Numbered from the stretch's first letter, positions 17,384 to 25,224 are shown. The stretch is 43,252 bases of DNA from a virus (IMGVR_UViG_3300003155_000004:1-43252); one strand, 5' to 3'. Notes: a model not told the origin generated them from the sequence alone. Numbers and translations: made by a program.

Positions 17384-18369
17384 TCCTTGCCGATCAGAAC
17401 CTACGTGATATCCGGCCGGTGATGGATGCAGACATCGACTTTGCGGTTGGAGCGGATGAAAATGACTATGAGATCAAGATCCGGCGTGACCTGTGGGATG
17501 AGCGGTATGTATATGGGAATATATTCTATATTAAGAATACGGAATTCGGCGGGATTATCGGAAGAAAAAAGATCAATACCGCAGAAGACACAATATCCCT
17601 GTACGGCCGGACGTGGCGCGGGAAGCTGGATAAGAAGATTATCCGGCCGCCGGCCGGTCAGGATTACCGGAAAGTATCCGGAGAGCTGAATACAGTGTTG
17701 AATACGCTTGTTACGGAGCAATTCAATGATTATTTTGTCGTATCCCAGAATGACACTGGAGTAACCGTGACGAATTATCAGTTCGACCGGTACTGTACAC
17801 TGCTATCTGGAATCACGAAGATGCTGAAAAGCGTCGGATACAAGTTACATATCGAATACATCCAGCAGGAACGGGGGCAGCCGGGATACGCGGAACTGTC
17901 TGCAGTGCCGATCGTGGACTACTCAGAGCGTCTCGAGCTGTCGCAGGACAGCCGGCTGAATTTCGTTTTCGACGAGGTGAAGAACGGTGTCAATCATCTG
18001 ATCTGCCTCGGAAAAGGCGAATTGCAGGATCGGCAGGTCATTGACCTGTATGTCGGCCAGAACGGTAGTATCGGAACAACGCAGTATTATACCGGGATAC
18101 AGGAAGTCGCAGAGACTTATGAGGACACATCATCGGAAAGCGATGAACTGGAAGAGAAAGGCCGGGAGAAGCTGCAGGAGCTCATGAACTCAACCTCGTT
18201 TTCGATGGACGTTGAAAGCTTGGGCATGGAAGTTGAAATCGGAGACATTATCGGCGGCCGGGATTATGTAACGGGTATGTATGCGGCGAAGCCGATTGCA
18301 AAGAAAATATACAAGGTATCAGGCGGAAAAGTATCGCTTGAATATGAAATTGAAGGAGATGATAGTTAA
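17362..18369 (+). CDS. tail-associated hub protein (Tal-like, Sipho_Gp37-like)
   Basis: 335 aa, third gene after the tape measure gene. The call rests on pattern and synteny only. Confidence 0.65.
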   Translation: MEDPRQLILADQNLRDIRPVMDADIDFAVGADENDYEIKIRRDLWDERYVYGNIFYIKNTEFGGIIGRKKINTAEDTISLYGRTWRGKLDKKIIRPPAGQDYRKVSGELNTVLNTLVTEQFNDYFVVSQNDTGVTVTNYQFDRYCTLLSGITKMLKSVGYKLHIEYIQQERGQPGYAELSAVPIVDYSERLELSQDSRLNFVFDEVKNGVNHLICLGKGELQDRQVIDLYVGQNGSIGTTQYYTGIQEVAETYEDTSSESDELEEKGREKLQELMNSTSFSMDVESLGMEVEIGDIIGGRDYVTGMYAAKPIAKKIYKVSGGKVSLEYEIEGDDS

Positions 18370-19202
18370 TGGAACTGGTAACAGGACGTGCGGGGAGCCC
18401 GCATATTACAGCACAGCAGGACAGACAGCTCCATCAGGGCATCTGGGGCGAGGAGGCGTATATCCTTGCGACAGGAAATCAGCTCGAGCCGGAAGTACAG
18501 AGCTCAAATAAAATACTGATCAAAGACGGCGCTCTGATGTTTCAGGGTGCTCTTTTTTCGGTGAAAGTAGGGACTACAGATGAGATTACGATCAATAATG
18601 GAAATCAGGGGATGCAGAGGAAAGATCTGGTCGTTGCCCGGTATACATATGATTCAGCGCGGCAGGAAGAATCCGCAGAATGGGTTGTGATTCAGGGAAC
18701 ACCGGCTGCAAGCAATCCGGTGGCGCCGGAGGGAACGAGCGGAGACATACAGGCGGGAGATTCCACGGTGGACTGCCCGTTTATGGTTGTGAACCTGAAC
18801 GGGATCAATGTCACCGGGGTTGACATTATTCCGGAGAAGATACCGACACTTCCTGATTTAATTGGTAAATTACAGGATAGCGGATGGATTGAAATGACGT
18901 CATCTATATCATTTGCAGAAAAACCGGCGTTCCGGAAGATTGGAAAAACAGTATACGTTATGGGGACAATACGTTATTCAGACAATGGTATTTTCCGTAA
19001 TGATGAGATAATCGGGGATATACCGTCCGAATTTATTCCGTCATCGTCCTACGGTACGTATGAATGTATCATTCCATTCGCTTTCATATCCGGCAATGGT
19101 TCGCGGGAACGAATGTACATCAGAGGGAATCATGTATACTTCGCAGGAACATCAAATGCTCGGGACGGGATACTTGCCGCATCGTGCTATCTCACGGATT
19201 AG
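18369..19202 (+). CDS. tail fibre / receptor-binding protein (constant N-terminal part plus AT-rich C-terminal tip A)
   Basis: 277 aa. GC falls from about 55% to about 38% at roughly 18840. The tip has W...FRK.G..VYV.GTI...IG.IP motifs. Confidence 0.7.
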   Translation: MELVTGRAGSPHITAQQDRQLHQGIWGEEAYILATGNQLEPEVQSSNKILIKDGALMFQGALFSVKVGTTDEITINNGNQGMQRKDLVVARYTYDSARQEESAEWVVIQGTPAASNPVAPEGTSGDIQAGDSTVDCPFMVVNLNGINVTGVDIIPEKIPTLPDLIGKLQDSGWIEMTSSISFAEKPAFRKIGKTVYVMGTIRYSDNGIFRNDEIIGDIPSEFIPSSSYGTYECIIPFAFISGNGSRERMYIRGNHVYFAGTSNARDGILAASCYLTD

Positions 19203-19526
19203 CTATATCCCGAAACATTCTGAGAACCAGATCGGTGATGTTGTCGAGGGAATATCCTGGAAAGATATGATATATATTCCGCCGTCTGCACGAACATCCA
19301 CGTACAATCGCGAATCAGTCAACTGATACCTGCGTGCGTACGGGGGACGAGCTCCCTCCGGCAATGTTCCGACCCTATATCCAGTCTGCCCAGAAAAACC
19401 AGAACCGTCGATAGTGCCCTGAACATATATCTCTGTCATATATTTATTTTTACGGTAGCGAGACGTCAGACCTATGTTGGCTCCGAGATAAGTCCAATCA
19501 CTCCATGCCAAAGACGCATTTAACAC
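19203..19526 (-). CDS. inverted, signal-less alternative tail-fibre tip cassette (tip B)
   Basis: 107 open codons on the minus strand fill an otherwise empty 351-bp gap. There is no SD or ATG. The product aligns in register with the last ~116 aa of 18369..19202. Confidence 0.5.
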   Translation of the reverse strand: MLNASLAWSDWTYLGANIGLTSRYRKNKYMTEIYVQGTIDGSGFSGQTGYRVGTLPEGARPPYARRYQLTDSRLYVDVRADGGIYIISFQDIPSTTSPIWFSECFGI

Positions 19527-19553
19527 ATAGATTCTCGAAGAAAGGATGATTAT

Positions 19554-20240
19554 ATGAAGATTATTTTTAATGATGCAACAGAGATCACCGTCCAGCAGGT
19601 AGAGCCGCAGGGCGATTATCTGCGCGTGCTGACGGTAGGAAATACTCCTGAGCAGCTCAAGGTGCTGTTTACTGACTCGTCCCGTACATCTCGTATGATT
19701 GTACAGGAGCGTGGACAGACGATTACCACGTATGAGGGATATACGGCGTTTTACAGGACAGAAATCTATACAGGAAAGATTTACGGCGTCGTGATGTACA
19801 AGCCGGAGAAAACCCCGGAAGTGCAGTCAACAATGGTACAGGCAGCGGTCACTGTTGCGCAGATTCAGGCACAGAACCTGACGGAAGAGCAGGCTCTTAC
19901 CGTAAAAGATATCTACCCTGTATGGGATGGGAATGGTGTGTCATATCAGAAAGACTTCTATCTGACACATAATGGAAAGCTGTACAAGGTTCTGCAGGCG
20001 CATACGTCGCAGACAGACTGGGCGCCGGATACAGCACCGTCCCTCTTCGCAGAGGTGCTTCCGGGACAGAGCGGTACCGGGATCGGAGAGTGGGTACAGC
20101 CCGGATCTACAAACCCGTATATGGCAGGGGACCGCGTGACGCACAACGGCAAGACTTGGGAATCCTTAGTGGATAACAATGTATGGGAGCCCGGTGCACA
20201 GGGATCAGAAGCACTGTGGCAGGAAGTAGAAACGGAATAA
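19554..20240 (+). CDS. tail-fibre-module protein with two CBM5/12-like carbohydrate-binding motifs
   Basis: RBS GAAAGGATGA. Motifs: YKVLQAHTSQTDWAPDTAPSLFAEV and GDRVTHNGKTWESLVDNNVWEPG. Confidence 0.7.
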   Translation: MKIIFNDATEITVQQVEPQGDYLRVLTVGNTPEQLKVLFTDSSRTSRMIVQERGQTITTYEGYTAFYRTEIYTGKIYGVVMYKPEKTPEVQSTMVQAAVTVAQIQAQNLTEEQALTVKDIYPVWDGNGVSYQKDFYLTHNGKLYKVLQAHTSQTDWAPDTAPSLFAEVLPGQSGTGIGEWVQPGSTNPYMAGDRVTHNGKTWESLVDNNVWEPGAQGSEALWQEVETE

Positions 20241-20256
20241 GAAAGGCGGGTAGCAT

Positions 20257-20574
20257 ATGCGGACATTAAAATTTGTTGTAAATGCTCAGAAGATCAGTCC
20301 AGATCCAAACCGTGACTTTTCAGGCATCGCTCCGGGGACATCCGGATACTTAAAGGCGCAATTCTCTTTCTCTGCTGAATGGTCGGGCCTGGTAAAAGTG
20401 GCGGAGTTCCGAAAGTACCTGTGCGATGAGCCAGTATCTGTACCGATTATCAACGGCGAGTGCGCTGTTCCGGACACAGTTACCGGAGGTAAAGCATGGT
20501 ACGTAAAGATTGTCGGAAAAAGAGGGGGCGTAATAATCCCAACAGGAAATTGCAAAGTGGAGCAGGAGGGGTGA
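20257..20574 (+). CDS. hypothetical tail-module protein
   Basis: 105 aa, tightly packed between fibre genes. Confidence 0.65.
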   Translation: MRTLKFVVNAQKISPDPNRDFSGIAPGTSGYLKAQFSFSAEWSGLVKVAEFRKYLCDEPVSVPIINGECAVPDTVTGGKAWYVKIVGKRGGVIIPTGNCKVEQEG

Positions 20575-20575
20575 C

Positions 20576-21871
20576 ATGGCAACGACAGAAGAATTATTAG
20601 CACAGCTTGAAGCAGAAGCCCAGAGTGAAACGCCGGTCTGCGTCATTGATCCTGAGACACGAACGATCACTGTTCCGCCGGAGTATCAACTCTTAGGAGT
20701 CGAGAACGATAAGCTGGTGGAGCGGATTCCGTTTCAGTGCCCGAAGATCGTTGGAGACAACAAAGATTTATCACAGGATTTCATACTATTTATCAACTAT
20801 GTCAATGCCAACGGCGACCCTGACGCATATAAGATAGAAGATATGCAGGTGGATGGAGACAATATCACTTTTTCATGGTTGCTGGAAGAGAAGGCAACAC
20901 TGTATCAGGGGGATATCCAGATTTCATTTTGCGGCATCATCCCCGGAGATGAAATTGATGATCCTGACAAGAATCGTTGGGGCACTACAATCAACACTGA
21001 TTGCACTGTTTTGACCGGTTTGAAATGCACACAGCAGGTTGCAGAGAGCAATCCGGATGCGCTGGCGCAGATCTGGGCGGCGATCGATGAACTGAAAGCC
21101 GGCGGCGGTGGAAGCGGCACACCCGGGAAAGATGGAGTTGGAATTGACAGGATAGAAAAGACAAGCACACAAGGACTTGTCGATACATACACCATTTATT
21201 TGACAGATGATAGAACCTATACATTCACTGTGACAAACGGAAAAGACGGAAATCCGGGAGCAAAAGGCGATCCCGGAGAGGATGGAATCACTCCGACCAT
21301 CGGAGAAAATGGGAACTGGTATCTGGGAGATGAGGATACCGGGAAGCCGAGCCGGGGAGAGAAAGGCAACCCCGGAGACAAAGGAGATCCGGGAGATAAA
21401 GGAGACCCTGGGCAGACCGGAGCGACTCCGAATATCCAGATCGGAACCGTTCAGACGCTTGATCCCGGACAGCAGGCGACAGCGAGCATGACGGGAACGC
21501 CGGAGAATCCGCTGTTGAATCTGGGGATTCCGCAAGGAGATAAGGGAGACCCGGGAGAAGATGCTGAAAGTGGTAGTTCAGCCACACCCCGGCAGGAAAT
21601 GACTTCTTCTGACACCACAGTAACACTCGAACCGAATAAGCTGTATGTCTTTCCGGAAATGGCAAGCCTGACCGTGACGCTGACAGAGCCAAGCGATACA
21701 AATGTGTCCAATGAATATCACTTCTTTTTCACCTCTGGAGCCACGGCCACAACCTTGACTCTGAACGATGTTCTGTCAGATGCGTACAGTATAGAAGCAA
21801 ACATGAAGTATGAGGTAAGCATTCTGGAAAATGTGGCGTACATCAAGGGGGTGTCGATGAGTGAGACGTAG
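20576..21871 (+). CDS. tail fibre protein with collagen-like G-X-Y repeats
   Basis: 431 aa with GKDGNPGAKGDPGEDG ... GEKGNPGDKGDPGDKGDPGQTG ... GDKGDPGED. Confidence 0.8.
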   Translation: MATTEELLAQLEAEAQSETPVCVIDPETRTITVPPEYQLLGVENDKLVERIPFQCPKIVGDNKDLSQDFILFINYVNANGDPDAYKIEDMQVDGDNITFSWLLEEKATLYQGDIQISFCGIIPGDEIDDPDKNRWGTTINTDCTVLTGLKCTQQVAESNPDALAQIWAAIDELKAGGGGSGTPGKDGVGIDRIEKTSTQGLVDTYTIYLTDDRTYTFTVTNGKDGNPGAKGDPGEDGITPTIGENGNWYLGDEDTGKPSRGEKGNPGDKGDPGDKGDPGQTGATPNIQIGTVQTLDPGQQATASMTGTPENPLLNLGIPQGDKGDPGEDAESGSSATPRQEMTSSDTTVTLEPNKLYVFPEMASLTVTLTEPSDTNVSNEYHFFFTSGATATTLTLNDVLSDAYSIEANMKYEVSILENVAYIKGVSMSET

Positions 21872-22328
21872 GATGATGATGGATACGGAAGGAGATGAGG
21901 ATATGAAAGAATGGCAGTTATTTAAAACGATAGATTTCTCCAATGAAGATGAGCAGTTGGAATTTGCTGGTGTAGATTTTTCGGATATTTTTATTATAGC
22001 AACAGGCCTTTGTCATACCAAAGAATCAATAAATAGTGGAATGGATATCAAAATTAACGATAATGTGGTAGCTAAGATGAACACACAGCCGGTCAATGGT
22101 TCAAATACCAGAAATCAGCAACTCTTGCTCAGGTATAATGGATTATTCTGGGAGCAAACATTAATGCCACAATCAAATAATGAATTGAGTTATTACACTT
22201 CGTACAGCATTAAGCAAGCACCGTATTCTGCTATGCTCAATGTAGGTAAGTGCGAAAAACTGGCTTTTTCAGAATCATCATTATTATATCCTATAAGCTC
22301 CGGAACACTCAAAATATATGCAAGATAG
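21861..22328 (+). CDS. AT-rich fibre-module protein, N-terminus VRRRMMMD (alternative start ATG 21903)
   Basis: 155-codon ORF at about 33-35% GC. The GTG start overlaps the fibre gene end. A better RBS (AAGGAGA) precedes ATG 21903. Confidence 0.6.
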   Translation: MRRRMMMDTEGDEDMKEWQLFKTIDFSNEDEQLEFAGVDFSDIFIIATGLCHTKESINSGMDIKINDNVVAKMNTQPVNGSNTRNQQLLLRYNGLFWEQTLMPQSNNELSYYTSYSIKQAPYSAMLNVGKCEKLAFSESSLLYPISSGTLKIYAR

Positions 22329-22358
22329 TTGACACAAGAAAGGAGAGAAAATAGCATA

Positions 22359-22469
22359 ATGACAGCACAGCACAGCACAGCAAAAAACAGCACAGCACAG
22401 CACAGCACACAGGATTGTAATCTGACCGGAATAGCCTGTCAAGTCCCGGAGGTGATGCTATGTCACTGA
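22359..22469 (+). CDS. possible 36-aa leader-type sORF containing the ACAGC repeat
   Basis: ATG 11 nt after AAAGGAGAG. Encodes MTAQHSTAKNSTAQHSTQDCNLTGIACQVPEVMLCH. Its stop at 22467-22469 overlaps the next gene's ATG (22460). Confidence 0.3.
   Translation: MTAQHSTAKNSTAQHSTQDCNLTGIACQVPEVMLCH
22362..22410. repeat. pentanucleotide microsatellite (ACAGC)4-AAAAA-(ACAGC)4-ACAC
   Basis: Direct reading: block 1 at 22362..22381, A run at 22382..22386, block 2 at 22387..22406. Confidence 0.95.
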
Positions 22470-22876
22470 TGCGGAGGCGGGCAATGATGGAATGCAAGAA
22501 GGAATATGCAGGGACGCTGTATATAGATGCAGGGTTTCTTGGCGGACAGGTGCGATACGATGGAACTCCAGTATATAATGCACAATATCCGAATGCATGG
22601 GCGACGACATATGCGCCGGTTGCATTGGGAGACATTGTAAGTTGTGATGAATTAACTGCTTATAGTGACAAAGTACGAATAAGGCAGTACTATACATACG
22701 GAAATATGACATCAAACAGAGATGGTGGTGCGAAAATCACCATTAAAGAGCAAGGCGTAGGGTATATAAGACTCATGGTAATTGATGAAGTTAGTGAACA
22801 GCAAATTCCGAAGGAGATGACCGTAACCCATGCAGACGGAACAGTAGACACCTATAAAATCATAGACAGGAGATGA
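22460..22876 (+). CDS. fibre-module protein, N-terminus MSLMRRRAMME
   Basis: RBS GGAGGTGA. 138 aa. It shares the RRR-x-MM N-terminal motif with the preceding gene. Confidence 0.7.
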   Translation: MSLMRRRAMMECKKEYAGTLYIDAGFLGGQVRYDGTPVYNAQYPNAWATTYAPVALGDIVSCDELTAYSDKVRIRQYYTYGNMTSNRDGGAKITIKEQGVGYIRLMVIDEVSEQQIPKEMTVTHADGTVDTYKIIDRR

Positions 22877-23529
22877 TTAAAATATTAGCCAAGTTAGTAG
22901 GCGGAGCACTTTCCTACGCTCCGAGAAAATTAGTAATTGACGGGAAAACAATATTCAACCCGTCGGAGACCTTGCTGAAGGAGCAGGGATATAAAGATGT
23001 AGAAACATCCGAAGCCCCTACAGTATCCACGCAGACACAGCAGGCAGTCCCCAGTTGGACAGAACAGGAAAATAAGATCGTCCAGACATGGGAGCTGAAA
23101 CCGGCACAGCCTGACCCGACAGCCGCCCTGCAGGAAATGCAGACGCAGACGGTACTGGCGCAGATCGCAGAGAGCGAGGACAAGACACTCGGAATCCAGT
23201 GCATGGCATTGTTTCCGACGTATGTGCAAAACAAACAGCATGAAGTCGGAGAGGTAGCATTACACCCGGACACAGGGTATCCGTACGAATGCATGACTGC
23301 CTATGATGGCACTGTACAGCAGGACTGGACGATAGATAACCGGACACTTTGGAAGCCGTGGCACTCTCGGAAGGCTGAGTACGCTCTTCCGTGGGAAGCT
23401 CCGACCGGGGCGCATGATATGTATAAGACAGGAGAGTACATGATTTGGACAGATGGAACAGTGAAGAAGTGTATTCAGGATACCAATTTCAGCCCGGATG
23501 AATATCCGCAGGCTTGGGAAGACGCTTAA
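22873..23529 (+). CDS. tail-fibre-module protein with CBM5/12-like motifs
   Basis: 218 aa with YPYECMTAYDGTVQQDWTIDNRTLWKPW and YMIWTDGTVKKCIQDTNFSPDEYPQAW. Confidence 0.7.
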   Translation: MIKILAKLVGGALSYAPRKLVIDGKTIFNPSETLLKEQGYKDVETSEAPTVSTQTQQAVPSWTEQENKIVQTWELKPAQPDPTAALQEMQTQTVLAQIAESEDKTLGIQCMALFPTYVQNKQHEVGEVALHPDTGYPYECMTAYDGTVQQDWTIDNRTLWKPWHSRKAEYALPWEAPTGAHDMYKTGEYMIWTDGTVKKCIQDTNFSPDEYPQAWEDA

Positions 23530-23558
23530 AGGCAGGTGATCATATGAGTATCAGAGAC

Positions 23559-23583
23559 AGACCGTGAACCGGTCTTATTTTTA
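23559..23583 (+). terminator. rho-independent terminator ending the tail operon
   Basis: AGACCG-TGAAC-CGGTCT followed by TATTTTTA. Confidence 0.7.
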
Positions 23584-23611
23584 TGCATAAAATAGTATGG
23601 AGGTAGAACCC

Positions 23612-23923
23612 GTGTACATAAGCATAGGGGCAATTATTACGGCAGGCAGCCTTATCGGAGCACTGGGAGTGATCGGAGGCGCACTGATCGCGGCATATAA
23701 GTTCTTTAAAAAACCGGAAGAGCTTGAAGAAAAGCTCAAGAAGATCAGGGAAACCCATGAAGAGGATATCCGAAAGATTAATGAAGAGCAGTGCCTGATT
23801 ACCTACGGGCTTCTCGCCTGCCTAAAAGGACTCAAAGAACAGGGCTGCAATGGCCCTGTAACGGAAGCTATAAACAAAATTGAAAAGCACCTGAATAAAC
23901 AGGCGCATGATATGGAGGAATGA
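23612..23923 (+). CDS. lysis-module membrane protein (N-terminal TM helix plus coiled coil)
   Basis: GTG start 7 nt after GGAGGT. The ORF-track ATG at 23597 lies inside the RBS. TM helix ISIGAIITAGSLIGALGVIGGALIAAY. Confidence 0.65.
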   Translation: MYISIGAIITAGSLIGALGVIGGALIAAYKFFKKPEELEEKLKKIRETHEEDIRKINEEQCLITYGLLACLKGLKEQGCNGPVTEAINKIEKHLNKQAHDMEE

Positions 23924-24252
23924 CTATGAACATGGAAGTTTTAATGCAGTATATTACTTATGCACTGACTGCGATCGGCGTATTGGCATTCTTGACGAGT
24001 ATCATCACGCAGGTGATCAAAGAGATGCCGGGGCTCAAGAACATCCAGACAAACGCTGTGGCGCTGGTGATCGCGCTGATTCTGTGTCCGTTGGCGGTGG
24101 TGATCATGTGTATTTATTTGCAGATCGCGATCATGTGGTATTACATTGTCGGATCCGTGATCGCGGCGTTTATTGTTTACCTGGTCGCTACTGGTGGCTG
24201 GGAGAAGGTCGCTGAGATGTGGGCACGGACGAAATATAATAAGACAAAATAA
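23920..24252 (+). CDS. holin
   Basis: 110 aa with three hydrophobic helices and a charged C-terminus (ARTKYNKTK), directly upstream of the endolysin. Confidence 0.8.
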   Translation: MTMNMEVLMQYITYALTAIGVLAFLTSIITQVIKEMPGLKNIQTNAVALVIALILCPLAVVIMCIYLQIAIMWYYIVGSVIAAFIVYLVATGGWEKVAEMWARTKYNKTK

Positions 24253-24256
24253 ACCA

Positions 24257-24280
24257 GGGGACGGGAAACCGTCCTCTTTT
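24257..24280 (+). terminator. rho-independent terminator between holin and endolysin
   Basis: GGGGACGG-GAAA-CCGTCCTC (8 bp, one G.U) followed by TTTT. Confidence 0.7.
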
Positions 24281-24283
24281 CAG

Positions 24284-24301
24284 TGTTGCGACGTCGCAAC
24301 A
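24284..24301. promoter_or_regulatory. perfect 18-bp palindrome TGTTGCGACGTCGCAACA
   Basis: The sequence equals its own reverse complement. It ends 2 nt before the endolysin RBS GAAAGGAG. Confidence 0.6.
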
Positions 24302-24314
24302 GAAAGGAGTACAT

Positions 24315-25217
24315 ATGTCATATAGTAGAAATGCAGTAGTAAAACAGGCTCAGGCGTGGATCGGCCTGAAAGAGTCGAACGGATCCCATAAGCAGATTAT
24401 TGATCTGTATAACAGTCACAAGCCACTAGCGAGAGGGTACAAAGTAAAATATACAGACGCTTGGTGCGCGACGTTCGTGTCAGCTGTGGCCATCAAGTTG
24501 GGATATACGGCGATTATTCCGACCGAGTGCGGATGTGACAAACAGATTGCCCTCTTTAAAAAGCTCGGGGCGTGGCAGGAAAAAGACTCTTATAAACCGA
24601 GTCCGGGCGACATTATCTATTACGACTGGCAGGATAGCGGATCTGGAGACAATGTGGGCGGATCTGATCATGTCGGAATTGTAGAGAAAGTATCTGGAAA
24701 CACGATCACTGTGATCGAGGGTAACAAGAGTGATGCAGTCGGTCGTAGAACACTTGCAGTAAACGGAAAGTTTATCAGAGGGTACGGTGTTCCGAAATAC
24801 GAGGCGAGCGGAAACCCGACTCCTGCTCCGGCTCCGTCTAATCCGTCCACGCCAAGCAACAACGATCTCGGTGACATCGCAGTAGATGGGCAGTGGGGAT
24901 GTGCGACAACGAAAAAAGCGCAGCAGGTATTCGGCTGCTCTGCCGTTGACGGATACGTTTCCAATCAGCCGGCAGCGTACAAGAGTGCAAATCCCGGTCT
25001 ACTCTCTCAGACATTCCTCTGGGAATCACCTTGTACCGGATGCTCACCTTTAATCAAGGCGATTCAGAAGAAAGTCGGAGCTACACAGGACGGACGTATC
25101 GGACCGAATACGATCAAGGCCATGCAGAGATGGCTCGGCTGCTCTGTAGTTGATGGCTATGTTTCCAGAACATCGCCGATGGTCAAGGCATTTCAGGCTT
25201 GGCTGAATAAACAGTAA
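24315..25217 (+). CDS. endolysin: N-terminal CHAP/NlpC-P60-like amidase-peptidase plus two C-terminal peptidoglycan-binding repeats
   Basis: Catalytic-type Cys in YTDAWCATFVS and His in GSDHVGIV. Repeats: DGQWGCATTKKAQQVFGCSAVDGYVS and DGRIGPNTIKAMQRWLGCSVVDGYVS. Confidence 0.88.
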   Translation: MSYSRNAVVKQAQAWIGLKESNGSHKQIIDLYNSHKPLARGYKVKYTDAWCATFVSAVAIKLGYTAIIPTECGCDKQIALFKKLGAWQEKDSYKPSPGDIIYYDWQDSGSGDNVGGSDHVGIVEKVSGNTITVIEGNKSDAVGRRTLAVNGKFIRGYGVPKYEASGNPTPAPAPSNPSTPSNNDLGDIAVDGQWGCATTKKAQQVFGCSAVDGYVSNQPAAYKSANPGLLSQTFLWESPCTGCSPLIKAIQKKVGATQDGRIGPNTIKAMQRWLGCSVVDGYVSRTSPMVKAFQAWLNKQ

Positions 25218-25224
25218 TAATTTA

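Noticed and set aside
18800-19580. Search by eye for inverted repeats of 12 bp or more bounding the tip A / tip B segment, and for a Hin/Gin-type invertase anywhere in the window.
   Set aside because: Neither was found; the best end match is 8 of 12. The inversion hypothesis is therefore kept only as a finding to test, and no recombination site is annotated.
21230-21560. Nucleotide-level repetition (GGAGA(T/C)AAAGGAGA(T/C)CC...), considered as a possible non-coding tandem repeat.
   Set aside because: It is the coding consequence of collagen-like G-X-Y triplets within the fibre gene 20576..21871.
22350-22410. The repeated ACAGC blocks, considered as a possible CRISPR array or as the minus-strand ORFs 22193..22408 and 22309..22635.
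   Set aside because: There are only two 20-nt blocks of a 5-nt microsatellite, separated by A5, with no spacers and no cas genes. The minus-strand ORFs are artefacts of the repeat (MLCCAVLFFAVLCCAV...).
23907-24215. 102-aa ORF overlapping the holin gene in another frame.
   Set aside because: It has no RBS and an Arg/Gly/Asp-rich shadow translation. The 23920 frame gives a typical three-TM holin.
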